IMG/VR virus record: IMGVR_UViG_3300030419_004857
Location: 32,001 to 96,000 of that record
Length of the DNA stretch: 64,000 bases
Origin: a virus
Direction: 5' to 3' (one strand)
Positions within the stretch are counted from its first letter, which is position 1. Every line of letters starts with the position of its first letter. The position numbers and the translations under genes are program-made. Positions 1 through 9,587 of the stretch are shown here, piece after piece. Under the pieces are notes generated by a model. That model searched no databases and was not told the origin of the DNA. It was given only the letters and a program-made list of their open reading frames with translations.

Positions 1-2
1 TT

Positions 3-398
3 GACAGGGTTGAAATACATCAGAGAGCTTCGACCCTTAAGGGTTATATTAGGGAGTGGCCTGATATTTATCGATTTGCAATTCATAGACCTATACAAGA
101 AAGAATTGAAAGTGTTTGTAAATGGGTAGAGTATCTGAGGAAAATAGGGTTTAACAAAGATCCAAACACCTCATCTGAGATAAAAGAGTTTATAGAAAGA
201 GAAAATTATAGAGAGTGGATAGCAGAAAACTGGAAGCATTACACGACACAGTTTTTTACTGAAGGAGTTTACGGTGAGGATCTAGGCGTGGAAATTTATC
301 CTTTTGAAGATCTTCATGACAGATGGGATGAAATTTGTAGAAAATGTCAAATTCCACAATGCGAACTACCTAGGTTGAATACTCCTTCAGGTGTATAA
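3..398 (+). CDS. 5'-truncated ORF, sulfotransferase family (Sulfotransfer_2-like)
   Basis: Translated by hand in frame 3, open from the window edge to TAA at 396-398: ...IYRFAIHRPIQERIES...IYPFEDLHDRWDEIC...LPRLN. This resembles the F..VRxPxER..S 3'-phosphate-binding motif and the FEDL..DW..LP..N tail of this family. The N-terminal PAPS motif lies outside the window. Confidence 0.55.
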   Translation, partial: DRVEIHQRASTLKGYIREWPDIYRFAIHRPIQERIESVCKWVEYLRKIGFNKDPNTSSEIKEFIERENYREWIAENWKHYTTQFFTEGVYGEDLGVEIYPFEDLHDRWDEICRKCQIPQCELPRLNTPSGV

Positions 399-399
399 T
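390..399 (+). promoter_or_regulatory. GGTGTATAAT motif, copy 1 (candidate phage late promoter)
   Basis: Identical 10-mer also at 6984 and 36679, each about 40-50 nt upstream of an RBS-bearing structural-arm gene; contains TATAAT. Confidence 0.6.
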
Positions 400-432
400 C
401 TACATGTATTACAGTAAATAGAGGACTTAAAC

Positions 433-792
433 ATGGCTGAACTAACTGCAAATTTCAACGGTAAGAATATTACCGTAACATATCCAGATTCCATACTTGG
501 AAAGGCTCAAGAAGCTTTTCCTGCCATGAACGCTAACTTATGGTCTTCATTCTACCAAGACAAACTAGATGCCTTAGACGAAGACGAGCCAAGCGAAGAC
601 CAGTTAAGTGAATGGAAGTATGAGTTTACAGTTGACTGTATTATGAATCGTATAGTACGCACAATAAGATCTTATGAAATACAAAAGGCGGTTAAAAATG
701 TTGAGGACCAAGCAAAAGCTGCTGTGGATGAGACGTTAGATCAAATCAATGTAGAAATTGAAGACGAATCATCTGGTCCAAGTTTTGTATAG
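433..792 (+). CDS. hypothetical protein (acidic, 119 aa)
   Basis: ORF with AGAGGA RBS; no recognised motif. Confidence 0.6.
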   Translation: MAELTANFNGKNITVTYPDSILGKAQEAFPAMNANLWSSFYQDKLDALDEDEPSEDQLSEWKYEFTVDCIMNRIVRTIRSYEIQKAVKNVEDQAKAAVDETLDQINVEIEDESSGPSFV

Positions 793-799
793 GTGATGT

Positions 800-1333
800 A
801 TGTTTGGGTTTCATGCGGTAAGTGAAGCTGCCTTTTCTTCTTTTGCTGGTGCTATTCACACCGCAGAAGCTTCTCTTGGTAATGAGTTTGGCTTTGATGA
901 TGGTTTTACCGCCGGATTTGAAGTTGAACCAGCCGTATTAAACGCATCCGCCACCATGATTTGGGCAGGTAGTTCTGCCTTGGAGAAGGGGTTTGGGTTA
1001 TCCGCCGATGCAGTCCTGTTGTCCGATCTCAGTCTTGGTCGCCCAAAGCCGGGTACAGCGTCATTACAAAGTGATTCGATTTTTTCCTCAAAGGGTGTAT
1101 TAATAAGTATAGGGAAGGCTAATTTAGCGGGAGCCGCTAAGTTTGCAGGATTCGACTGGAGTGAAATTAAGTTTTCGCTGTATATTGATCAGGCGAGAAG
1201 TATGACAAATTATATTGATAAACAAAAAGGTGTTACTTTATATTTGGATCGAGAATTAAATGAGACTCTTAGAATAGATCAAACCTCCTCTAAGACTTCA
1301 TATATAGATAAAGAATTGTCGATGGAGACTTAA
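800..1333 (+). CDS. putative virion structural protein with C-terminal 10-aa repeats
   Basis: N-terminus MFGFHAVSEAAFS resembles MFG..x..E.PF starts of phage virion proteins; five LYID-like repeats at the C-terminus. Confidence 0.5.
   Translation: MFGFHAVSEAAFSSFAGAIHTAEASLGNEFGFDDGFTAGFEVEPAVLNASATMIWAGSSALEKGFGLSADAVLLSDLSLGRPKPGTASLQSDSIFSSKGVLISIGKANLAGAAKFAGFDWSEIKFSLYIDQARSMTNYIDKQKGVTLYLDRELNETLRIDQTSSKTSYIDKELSMET
1178..1330 (+). repeat. five tandem 10-aa repeats within the CDS
   Basis: LYIDQARSMT / NYIDKQKGVT / LYLDRELNET / LRIDQTSSKT / SYIDKELSME. Confidence 0.75.
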
Positions 1334-1334
1334 A

Positions 1335-1646
1335 ATGGCCGCTAATGAGATTCATGTAGATGATGTTGGAACTAAATTCATTGTTACCATTAAGGATGGT
1401 GACACTGCTATTAATGTTTCCGCCGCTACCACAAAAAACATTATCTTAAAAAAGCCGTCTGGAACAAAAGTGACGGCAGCAGGATCTTTTGAAACGGATG
1501 GTTCGGACGGCGTGATAAGCTACGTTACGACAGGAACCGAATTAGACGAGGCGGGTACATATAAAATACAGGCGTATGTTGTTTTATCTGCCGGTAACCA
1601 GTTTCATAGCGACATATCCACTTTCAAAGTTCATAGAAACGTATAA
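1335..1646 (+). CDS. BppU N-terminal-like (Ig-like) virion protein
   Basis: Pattern D.GT.F.VTIKD...KKP.G...DG.ISY.....LDEAG.YKIQ.YV is typical of BppU_N-like beta-sandwich proteins. Confidence 0.6.
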   Translation: MAANEIHVDDVGTKFIVTIKDGDTAINVSAATTKNIILKKPSGTKVTAAGSFETDGSDGVISYVTTGTELDEAGTYKIQAYVVLSAGNQFHSDISTFKVHRNV

Positions 1647-1655
1647 GGGGGCAAC

Positions 1656-2168
1656 ATGGCTTGGCAAAACGAGATGTCTATCATAGTTCGTCACCTAGTT
1701 AACGATCTAGACTCTAGCGCCTATGTTTTTTCCAACGATAGGGTGGAGGAGACAATTTTGGTTGCCTCACAACTTGTGTTGCACGAAATGGACTTTGAAA
1801 ATACGTACAGTGTGGATGTAGATTCTTCATCTTTATCCCCAGATCCCACATCGTCCAGTAATAAGGATGACGCATTCATTAGTCTTGTTTGTCTGAAATC
1901 TGCATACATTCTTCTGGGCAGTGAAATTAAAACTCATTCGCTAAACTCCATCTCTCTTAAAGATGGTCCCTCTTCTCTAGATCTAAGAGGGATCGTGCAG
2001 GGGTTAAATATACTATTTTCTGACGTAGTTAAAAGGTATGATGAAGCTAAGCTTCAGTATCAGCTTGGTGGCAGCATTGCTGGTCAAGCCGTCCTTAGCC
2101 CCTATTCTCCCGGTAGCGACGTGGCATATAGAACAAATCTATCCTCAAGATCAGGACGTTTTGAGTAA
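1656..2168 (+). CDS. putative head-tail adaptor/connector protein
   Basis: VRHLVND.....Y.FS.D start, helical, 170 aa, position upstream of the neck and tail genes. Confidence 0.5.
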   Translation: MAWQNEMSIIVRHLVNDLDSSAYVFSNDRVEETILVASQLVLHEMDFENTYSVDVDSSSLSPDPTSSSNKDDAFISLVCLKSAYILLGSEIKTHSLNSISLKDGPSSLDLRGIVQGLNILFSDVVKRYDEAKLQYQLGGSIAGQAVLSPYSPGSDVAYRTNLSSRSGRFE

Positions 2169-4450
2169 TGGCAGAATACACAAAGGCTAGTCTAAAGACT
2201 AAAATTAATGCTGATCTCGCTGACAACAGCGAAGGCGATATCAGTGCGCAAGATGTTAGAGAAAATATGATTAACATAGTTGACTCTGTTAATCCTATTA
2301 TGGCTAGCGGTTCCAGTGTATACTTTCAGAATGATGTTGCTATATGGTCTAGCGGAGTTCTCACAAAGAATACTGCGTTGGGAGTAATTAAAGGCCAGTG
2401 GGGTAAAAATTCAAGCGGTTTCTACGACACGTCAGCTATTCGCTTTTCAAGCGGCGGGGATACGGTCAATAAAGATGACGGCCACATATCATTTTACACA
2501 GCCCCTTCTGGATCTCTTAGCACTACAGGCGGTCCCGATTTAAGATGTAGAATGATGATCTCTAACAGCGGCGTTATTTCTATGTTCGGTAGTGGAGTTG
2601 TTCACCCCACTCTGCATTTACAATCTATACACGGTTCTGGACTCAACCTTTTATTCGACGGCTCTCCAAAAGACATGGCTGTTCCAGAAGGTAAAAATTT
2701 CCAGCTAGGACATTGGAATTCCAATACGTCTACATTTACCAATAGATTTACAATAAATGACAAGGGGTATATGGGCTTGGGGGTTGATTTGCCCAGCCAG
2801 CCAATTCATGTTAGACATTCTGGTGTTAATACTTCCAGTTATATTTTAAGGTTTGATTCCCAAAATTACCCTTCCTCGACTAACGCCGACATTCTTCTGT
2901 ACAAATATGATACGGGAACAACCACCCATAGTGCTGATGACATGCAGCTTGGATTTGGCATGGGTGTTAATGCTATAGGTAGTGGAAATGGTTATTTCTT
3001 TATTGGAAATGATGCAAACAGAGACTTTGCGGTCACCGCGCTGGAATCTATGCTCGTAATCAACAGTGGGGGAAATGTTGGCATAGGAACCACCATACCA
3101 AAAGAAAAGTTGGTAGTGGGAGAAGATCTGGGAGATCTAAGTACAACTGGAAATGCTGTAGTTATTGGGTCTAAAAATGGTCCCTCTCAATTATTTATAG
3201 GGTCTGGTATTAATGACCCCCTGACAGCGCAATATGGTAAGGTTAAATGGGAGGATGATAATCAGAGATTCGTTTTAAGCACCAAAAAGAATTATCATTA
3301 TGCGGATCAGCTAGTTTTAGATTCTACTAATGGCAACGTGGGAATAGGGGGTTCTGGCCATCCTTCAACAGTATGGCGTCCTTCTTACAATTTACACGTA
3401 GCTGCTAGCGGAGCTTCTGGAAAAATCGCTTTAGAAAATTCACGCAATACTGAGACCGCTATATACATTGGTAAAGACACTGACGGCACAGGCTCGGTTG
3501 GTGAAGGTCACTGGTCACAGATAGGCTATAAGTCTGCCACCGAAGTTCTCAAGATCAATAATTCGGGATCATTTGTCCCCTCTCATCTGACCATTGACAG
3601 ATTAGGCCACGTAGGCATAAGTACTGACTCAGTATATAGTTCTAACACCATAGGCACAGACAAGCTACATATTCACGGTGAAAATACCGGTGTCCTCATT
3701 GGAACTCCCTCTGGAGGATCTGGAAAAACTGCACTTAGACTGCTAGGCTCTAGAGAATCAGGCACTTCGTCTGACGACAACGCTTTTATCCAAGCTGGAA
3801 CTACATCTGCCGATACAGGTGCGAAATTACGCATAACCAGAATGGATACTGACGATACCAATATTTCACGCATGGATGTATATGCAGATACTTCTGAATT
3901 TCATGGAAACCTGTCTCTTGCGGGAAATATTTTACTAAACGACTATTGGATTAGTAACGATGGTGGCAATGAGGGTCTTAGAGTTGGTGATGATGGCAAG
4001 GTTGCTATCGGCAAGACTCCGGGCGCTACTCATACATTTGAGCTTAACAGCGGTCAGGGCGCTCAACCAACAAGCACACTATGGGTTAATACTTCTGACC
4101 AAAGAGTAAAAGAGAATATTGAAACTATTGATACGTCTGATGCTCTAGACAAAATAATGTTGTTAAGACCTGTTAGTTTCAATTTCACACACGATTTCTG
4201 TCATTGCATTAGTTCAGATCATGACCAAACCCACTATAACTTTATAGCTCAAGAAGTTGCAAGCGTCTTTCCTGATTCTGTAATTGATACTGATAATCAT
4301 GTTGAGGATCATGAAACGGGCGAGATATCAATATCTGATCTTAAGGGATTAGATGCGCATGCAATTAACATACATTTAGTTTCTGCTGTACAAGAGTTAA
4401 AAACACAACTTGACGCGGCATTAGTTAGAATTTCAGAACTAGAATCCTAA
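2168..4450 (+). CDS. tail fibre/spike with C-terminal intramolecular chaperone (peptidase S74)
   Basis: GNVGIGTT / GNVGIG / GHVGIST / GKVAIG repeats; SDQRVKENI autocleavage site, LRPVSF, FIAQEV and a terminal coiled coil (LVSAVQELKTQLD). Confidence 0.85.
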   Translation: MAEYTKASLKTKINADLADNSEGDISAQDVRENMINIVDSVNPIMASGSSVYFQNDVAIWSSGVLTKNTALGVIKGQWGKNSSGFYDTSAIRFSSGGDTVNKDDGHISFYTAPSGSLSTTGGPDLRCRMMISNSGVISMFGSGVVHPTLHLQSIHGSGLNLLFDGSPKDMAVPEGKNFQLGHWNSNTSTFTNRFTINDKGYMGLGVDLPSQPIHVRHSGVNTSSYILRFDSQNYPSSTNADILLYKYDTGTTTHSADDMQLGFGMGVNAIGSGNGYFFIGNDANRDFAVTALESMLVINSGGNVGIGTTIPKEKLVVGEDLGDLSTTGNAVVIGSKNGPSQLFIGSGINDPLTAQYGKVKWEDDNQRFVLSTKKNYHYADQLVLDSTNGNVGIGGSGHPSTVWRPSYNLHVAASGASGKIALENSRNTETAIYIGKDTDGTGSVGEGHWSQIGYKSATEVLKINNSGSFVPSHLTIDRLGHVGISTDSVYSSNTIGTDKLHIHGENTGVLIGTPSGGSGKTALRLLGSRESGTSSDDNAFIQAGTTSADTGAKLRITRMDTDDTNISRMDVYADTSEFHGNLSLAGNILLNDYWISNDGGNEGLRVGDDGKVAIGKTPGATHTFELNSGQGAQPTSTLWVNTSDQRVKENIETIDTSDALDKIMLLRPVSFNFTHDFCHCISSDHDQTHYNFIAQEVASVFPDSVIDTDNHVEDHETGEISISDLKGLDAHAINIHLVSAVQELKTQLDAALVRISELES

Positions 4451-4462
4451 TAGGAGAAAATC

Positions 4463-4711
4463 ATGGCTGATCCAGCAGTCAATATAAGTGGCACTACAGA
4501 AAGAAACGGTAGTATCGTAGTTGGTGCTCCAAGAGCCGCCGGAACTGGTGCTCTTGGAAGTAATTATATTATTACCCCCGGAGATGCAGTTTCGGCCACT
4601 TCAGGGCCGGTTCGTGGTGTCAATAACGCCATGGATATTGCTGATGTAGTTACCAAGTATGGCGCCAGATTTGACGATATAACATATTATACTGACGATA
4701 GTGCCGAATAA
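4463..4711 (+). CDS. hypothetical virion-module protein
   Basis: AGGAG RBS; 82 aa; lies within the operon. Confidence 0.55.
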   Translation: MADPAVNISGTTERNGSIVVGAPRAAGTGALGSNYIITPGDAVSATSGPVRGVNNAMDIADVVTKYGARFDDITYYTDDSAE

Positions 4712-4722
4712 TTGGGGCTGAC

Positions 4723-5214
4723 ATGGCTATTAATATTCCGTCATCAGCGTTTGAAAAATTCAATGAGGCCATCCTTCTTTTCAACAGGACTGTAACTTTA
4801 GTTTATCCTGAAAAGAGAGATAGGTGTCCTAATTGTATAGTTAATACTATTGGTGGAAGGTCTATTAATACTTATAGAAGTGGTGGGGCTTTCCCATTCA
4901 GTAGAGGGGTTCTTTGTCCTTTATGCGGAGGTAAGGGTCTAAAGTTAACAGAGAATACCGAAGAAGTCCAGATGAGAGTTTACCACAATGCTAGAGATTG
5001 GGTAAAGATAGGATTTGAAGCGGATATCCCTAGTGGGTCAATTCAGACTATAATTTATATGTCTGATTATGTGAAAGTTGTAAAGGCAAAAGAGTTGTTG
5101 GTTGATGTAGGAAAATATAACAAGATGCGTTTCAAGAGACTGGGAGAGCCTTTTACACAAAGCTTGCAACAAAATCCTACACAATACGCCGTTGTTTTTT
5201 GGGAGAGGGTATAA
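4723..5214 (+). CDS. putative head-closure/neck protein with Zn-finger (CPNC...CPLCGG)
   Basis: Two CxxC motifs, beta-rich remainder, position in the neck cluster. Confidence 0.5.
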   Translation: MAINIPSSAFEKFNEAILLFNRTVTLVYPEKRDRCPNCIVNTIGGRSINTYRSGGAFPFSRGVLCPLCGGKGLKLTENTEEVQMRVYHNARDWVKIGFEADIPSGSIQTIIYMSDYVKVVKAKELLVDVGKYNKMRFKRLGEPFTQSLQQNPTQYAVVFWERV

Positions 5215-5888
5215 TGGCGGGAATAATTCCAGCACCGGGTTCAATTAATATAAAGCTTTTAGATACTGACGATATGATCGTTAGCTTGATAATGGCGGGA
5301 CTGGCTTCCAAGGCTAATGATGTAATTGATCGTGCTGCTAGAAAAAGTATATCACCTATTGGCGATGTCGTACAGGAGGCCGTTTTTAATTGTCCTGAGA
5401 TGGTAGAGTTAAGATCGGGAGTTCTCAGAGGAGAATTTGGTCTAACCAAAGGTAAAGCCCAGAGTGCCTCACAGGATATAGCCAAAAGGGTTGGCGATAG
5501 TATAATGGTCAGAGCGCATAAAGTTACATCTTTGGGTAGTTCATCAAAATTAAGAGGTGGAATCGAGATTTTGGTTCAGCCTATTGATTTTGGTAATGTT
5601 CTGTCCTCTCCTCTAGGAATGATTAGGTCAGAAAAAGGTGTACAATTACAATGGTTAGAATGGTTGCTGACTCTGGGAGATGCCGTTATTGTAGACGGTT
5701 ATGAATTCAGGGCCAAGCCGGGAAAGGGAAGAAGTGGATTAGGTGCTATGGCAGAAATGAAAACTGGCATATGGAGAGTCCCCCCTGAGTATGCTGGTAC
5801 AGAAGACAAGAACTTTATCACCAAAGCTTTAGACAATAGGAAGATTGGTGATAAAATTGCTTCAATTTTACAAAAAAATATGATGTAA
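5214..5888 (+). CDS. putative tail-completion/neck protein
   Basis: Start moved from 5199 to the ATG at 5214, which forms a TAATG overlap with the upstream stop. C-terminal P..AGT..NFITKAL; called from synteny. Confidence 0.45.
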   Translation: MAGIIPAPGSINIKLLDTDDMIVSLIMAGLASKANDVIDRAARKSISPIGDVVQEAVFNCPEMVELRSGVLRGEFGLTKGKAQSASQDIAKRVGDSIMVRAHKVTSLGSSSKLRGGIEILVQPIDFGNVLSSPLGMIRSEKGVQLQWLEWLLTLGDAVIVDGYEFRAKPGKGRSGLGAMAEMKTGIWRVPPEYAGTEDKNFITKALDNRKIGDKIASILQKNMM

Positions 5889-5904
5889 CCACAAAGGCTG
5901 TATC

Positions 5905-6969
5905 ATGGCAGAAAGCCACGCAAGATTAAATAAAATTAACAATGTGGGCGATACCAGTATAACCCCTGCGATTAGAGATAATCTTGTAGAGTTTTTTGAT
6001 TGGGCTATATTGGACGCTGGCGGATTCTTTAACGTAAATGTACCCACTGAAGGATTTTACGGGGGCGACAAACATAAGCTAAGAGTTGTTGACGATCCCA
6101 ATTATACCTTGGGGCAGGTGTGGGAGGGGTTCAGATCTAACTGGGTTTGGCAAAGTGGATTGTCATGCTCAGATCAACCTTTAGTTGTTCAAAAATTGTT
6201 GGAAGATAGTGAGTATCCTCTAGCGAAGCGATCACCGGGAATTTCCGGGGTCTTTATTGGGTCGACATTCCAGCCAGTGTCTGGAGTGGGAGATTACTCC
6301 CATCACATTAACTATCCAGCGGGGAGAGTGATCTTTGATAGTGCAATTTCCACCAGTAGCGATGTAAAGGTAGAATTTAGCTATAAATGGGTAAATGTTA
6401 TTCCGGCCAACAATGAGTTTTTTAGAGAGATCCAATATCGTTCTCAAAGAGCAGATGGAGATTTTACATTAGTGGGTTCTGGAGACTGGTCTCAGTTGGG
6501 TGAAACTAGGCTGCAACTACCGGCCATAGCGGTGGAGCCAACAGTTCGTAGAACTCATTCGCCCTTTAATTTAGGAAGCTCGGCATCTTATGTGGCCTCT
6601 GATGTTTTATTTCATGTTTTAGCAGAAGATGATTTTACAAGAGACAAGCTAGTTGACATGGTTTCTCTTCAAGGAGACAAGACTATTTTCATGTTTGATA
6701 GCGATAGAATTGGAAGAAGAGATGATTTTCCGTTAGATTACAGAGGAATGGTTGCGGCCAGCGGACAAAGATATCCAGAACTGGTTGCTCCTAGTGGTGA
6801 GGGAGGCTCCCCCGGTGCGGGGAAAGGATATAGAGTTGGTGCGTTGGCAGCGTCAGAAGGTAAATTTGACAGTTTACGACTTACTGAAGCTAGAGTGACC
6901 ACCACAAGCGCCTTAAGTCCGTCCTTATATCATGGGGTTGTAAGGATCACTACCGAGGCAATCATGTAA
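5905..6969 (+). CDS. putative tail terminator protein
   Basis: QLPAIAVE...DVLFHVLAEDDFTRDKLVD pattern; immediately upstream of the tail tube gene. Confidence 0.5.
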   Translation: MAESHARLNKINNVGDTSITPAIRDNLVEFFDWAILDAGGFFNVNVPTEGFYGGDKHKLRVVDDPNYTLGQVWEGFRSNWVWQSGLSCSDQPLVVQKLLEDSEYPLAKRSPGISGVFIGSTFQPVSGVGDYSHHINYPAGRVIFDSAISTSSDVKVEFSYKWVNVIPANNEFFREIQYRSQRADGDFTLVGSGDWSQLGETRLQLPAIAVEPTVRRTHSPFNLGSSASYVASDVLFHVLAEDDFTRDKLVDMVSLQGDKTIFMFDSDRIGRRDDFPLDYRGMVAASGQRYPELVAPSGEGGSPGAGKGYRVGALAASEGKFDSLRLTEARVTTTSALSPSLYHGVVRITTEAIM

Positions 6970-6983
6970 AAAACCCCCCATTT

Positions 6984-6993
6984 GGTGTATAAT
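6984..6993 (+). promoter_or_regulatory. GGTGTATAAT motif, copy 2 (upstream of tail tube gene)
   Basis: Intergenic, ahead of the AGGAG RBS and the ATG at 7034. Confidence 0.6.
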
Positions 6994-7033
6994 TAAACGA
7001 GCATAATATCCCCTCAACTAAGGAGAGAAAATA

Positions 7034-8056
7034 ATGCCTAATAGAGTATTTTGGGCGGGTCAAGGACTCGCTATTAACACAACTGTCAAAGCTCTGCACG
7101 AACCCGCCGCCGCCGATGCGGTCAACGTTCGTGGTATCCAGAGTGTTGGTATTACCACTACATTCAATCTAGAACAAGTTTTCCAACTTGGACAGCTTAC
7201 CGTATATGAAGATGTAGAAGATATTCCCGATATCGAAATTACGGTTGAAAGAGTACTTAACGACGATAAGAGTTTATATACTCTTACTGGAGCGGTTTCT
7301 GGTAATTCGCTCACCCAAAACCAAGACAAAACATTCGACGTGTATTTCGAAGTTCATAATGACGCGACCGAGAACATCGACGACGATGGAGGATTTCCAG
7401 CCGCACAAGCACATTGTTCGGGCTTGTATGTTTCTTCAATGAGTTGGACCTTCCCAACCGATGGAAACTGTACTGAATCGTTTACGTTTGTTGGTAATGG
7501 TAAAAAGTGGCAGTCTGGAAGCACAGTTGCATCGACTTATGACACCGATGGTATACCGACCGTGGTTGGCGAAGCCAAGGTTTGGCGTAGACAGCAGGTC
7601 GAACTGGAAACCATTCCAACTTCTGTTAACAACATGGATTCTACACCTAAAGTTATGAGTGCTTCAGTTAGTATCGATCTTGGTAGAGAAGCCATTAACG
7701 TTCTTGGCAAAAAACTACCTTATTATCGTTATGTGACTTTCCCAGTAGAAGTTACCTGTGAGCTTGAAGTTCTGGTTAGAGATGCTTACTCCGCAACCGA
7801 TAAGATGGCTGATGGTATTAATGCCGTTCCTGATCCGGGCGCTGGCAGTGGTTCTAACGTTACTGCTGAATCCATTAAAATTAAAGGAACTGGACGTGAG
7901 GCCGGTGGATACACCAAGGAGTGGAACTTGGGCGATAAGAATAAGCTTACTGGTGTCACTTGGGGTGGGGGATCGACCGGTGGTGAAAATGCCACTGTTA
8001 CGTTCTCATATAGAAACTTCAATGACTTTACTTATACCGAAACTGTTGTATCTTAA
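7034..8056 (+). CDS. major tail tube protein
   Basis: GIQSVGITTTFNLEQVFQLGQL..YE...P.IEITVER; beta-rich with two similar halves; strong RBS and own promoter motif; upstream of chaperone-like genes and the tape measure gene. Confidence 0.7.
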   Translation: MPNRVFWAGQGLAINTTVKALHEPAAADAVNVRGIQSVGITTTFNLEQVFQLGQLTVYEDVEDIPDIEITVERVLNDDKSLYTLTGAVSGNSLTQNQDKTFDVYFEVHNDATENIDDDGGFPAAQAHCSGLYVSSMSWTFPTDGNCTESFTFVGNGKKWQSGSTVASTYDTDGIPTVVGEAKVWRRQQVELETIPTSVNNMDSTPKVMSASVSIDLGREAINVLGKKLPYYRYVTFPVEVTCELEVLVRDAYSATDKMADGINAVPDPGAGSGSNVTAESIKIKGTGREAGGYTKEWNLGDKNKLTGVTWGGGSTGGENATVTFSYRNFNDFTYTETVVS

Positions 8057-8061
8057 GATAA

Positions 8062-8126
8062 AGGGGGGAACCCCTGTCAGTACGTATTGCGATAGCCACA
8101 GAGGATAGGCGAGTGAACGTACTGGC
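8062..8126 (+). promoter_or_regulatory. structured intergenic RNA (two hairpins) after the tail tube gene
   Basis: AGGGG-GGAA-CCCCT (8062-8075), then a 10-bp stem GTCAGTACGT (8076-8085) / ACGTACTGGC (8117-8126) with one G-U pair. Confidence 0.5.
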
Positions 8127-8191
8127 GTAATACATAAGGAACGAGAGGAAGGCTATGAAAAAAATTAAGTTCCCGTTTGTGAAATTTCATC

Positions 8192-9205
8192 ATGAAACTT
8201 CATGAGCGGGAATTTTTTGTATCAAGGATCATGTCTGGTCTATTGAAGTATGAAAAAGATGACTTGATTCTTTTTATGCACCCGTTAGATGCTGGACAGT
8301 ATTATGAGGCTCAAGAAGTATTTCAAAAAACTTACCGCGAGGCATTGTCTGAGGGGATAATGACAGAGGAAGAATGCTTGTTAATGCTTGTTGAGCATGG
8401 ATTGTGGAATGATGAAAAGCAGGAAACGATGGATGGGATAGAGAAGGATATGGAAACGTTAAAAATTGAAGTATTTGAAGGCTATTTTAAGGAATCTGTA
8501 AAAAATGCTGCTAAGGATCTCTTAAATAATGCCAAGATAAAATACAGCGAACTTCATGATGAAAGACATTCATATGATTTTGTTACCTGTTTAGGTGTTT
8601 CTACTTTTGCCAGATTTAATTGGATTATAGAAAATACCACCAAACATCTTGACGGAAGCATGTGTGATTGGGAAGAAATTTCTATGCAAGATGTTTTGAT
8701 GCATTTTCAAAAATCTCAGATACCGGAAGATGACTTTAGAGAATTGGCTAGGAGTGAACCTTGGAGAACTATGTGGTCCACCGGAAAAGCAAATGGCCAA
8801 CTGTTCGATAAACCGGGGATAGAGTTAACTGTAGAACAGAGGACTTTAATGGCGTGGTCTGGATTATATGATAGCGTACAAGAATCACCTGAAGCCCCGC
8901 CCGATGAATTGATAGAAGATAATGATGCTTTGGATGGTTGGCTTTTGGTTCAAAAACGAAACAGGGAAAGAGACAAGGCCAAAGAACAAGCCGACTCTCA
9001 GTTCGGTGACAAAACTATGAATGCTGACGAAGTAATTGTATTTGGAGATAAAGATAAAGTTAATGCTTTGAATACTCCAGAATCAAAATGGACTAAAGCT
9101 CAAAGAATGAAACAGTTAGCGGAGGCGGGAGACAAAGGTGTTCGATATGATAAGTTTGATGATATGGTTCAGAAAAGAATTATCGAACAAAATCAATCAA
9201 CTTAA
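8192..9205 (+). CDS. hypothetical protein, possible tail assembly chaperone
   Basis: Acidic, helical; lies between tail tube and tape measure genes; shares an E.G(L/I)WNDEKQ segment with the 9588 ORF. Confidence 0.5.
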   Translation: MKLHEREFFVSRIMSGLLKYEKDDLILFMHPLDAGQYYEAQEVFQKTYREALSEGIMTEEECLLMLVEHGLWNDEKQETMDGIEKDMETLKIEVFEGYFKESVKNAAKDLLNNAKIKYSELHDERHSYDFVTCLGVSTFARFNWIIENTTKHLDGSMCDWEEISMQDVLMHFQKSQIPEDDFRELARSEPWRTMWSTGKANGQLFDKPGIELTVEQRTLMAWSGLYDSVQESPEAPPDELIEDNDALDGWLLVQKRNRERDKAKEQADSQFGDKTMNADEVIVFGDKDKVNALNTPESKWTKAQRMKQLAEAGDKGVRYDKFDDMVQKRIIEQNQST

Positions 9206-9219
9206 ACGAAAGGAATAAA

Positions 9220-9585
9220 ATGGAAGACAGCTATGAAGAGTTAATCAGGCAGTCTGATAAATTTAAAACAGATAAGGAACAAAGATATAAGGAGGTATCT
9301 AAAGAGAGACTTCTTAAAATTGCCAAAAAGAAAATACAGACCACAATGATTGGGGCTTTAAGCTCACTAGAGAAGCATTTTGGTTTTCTTTGGGGACACG
9401 AACAAGAAGGAGAAGTAACTCCAGAACAGCAACATATGAAAGATCTTTATGAAGAAATTAGATCTGAAATATTAGATAAGGGAAATAACCAAATAAGGAA
9501 TCTTGAAACTGAATTTAGCTATTATGATATCACTTGGTTAAGATATCAAATGGTGTTACCTATGAAATCTCGTGAGGAGGGATAA
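9220..9585 (+). CDS. hypothetical protein
   Basis: AAGGA RBS; 121 aa helical ORF in the tail operon. Confidence 0.6.
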   Translation: MEDSYEELIRQSDKFKTDKEQRYKEVSKERLLKIAKKKIQTTMIGALSSLEKHFGFLWGHEQEGEVTPEQQHMKDLYEEIRSEILDKGNNQIRNLETEFSYYDITWLRYQMVLPMKSREEG

Positions 9586-9587
9586 AC

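Noticed and set aside
8155-8192. +1 frameshift at ATG AAA AAA A fusing the uORF to the 8192 gene
   Set aside because: The +1 frame hits TGA at 8180-8182 before reaching 8192.
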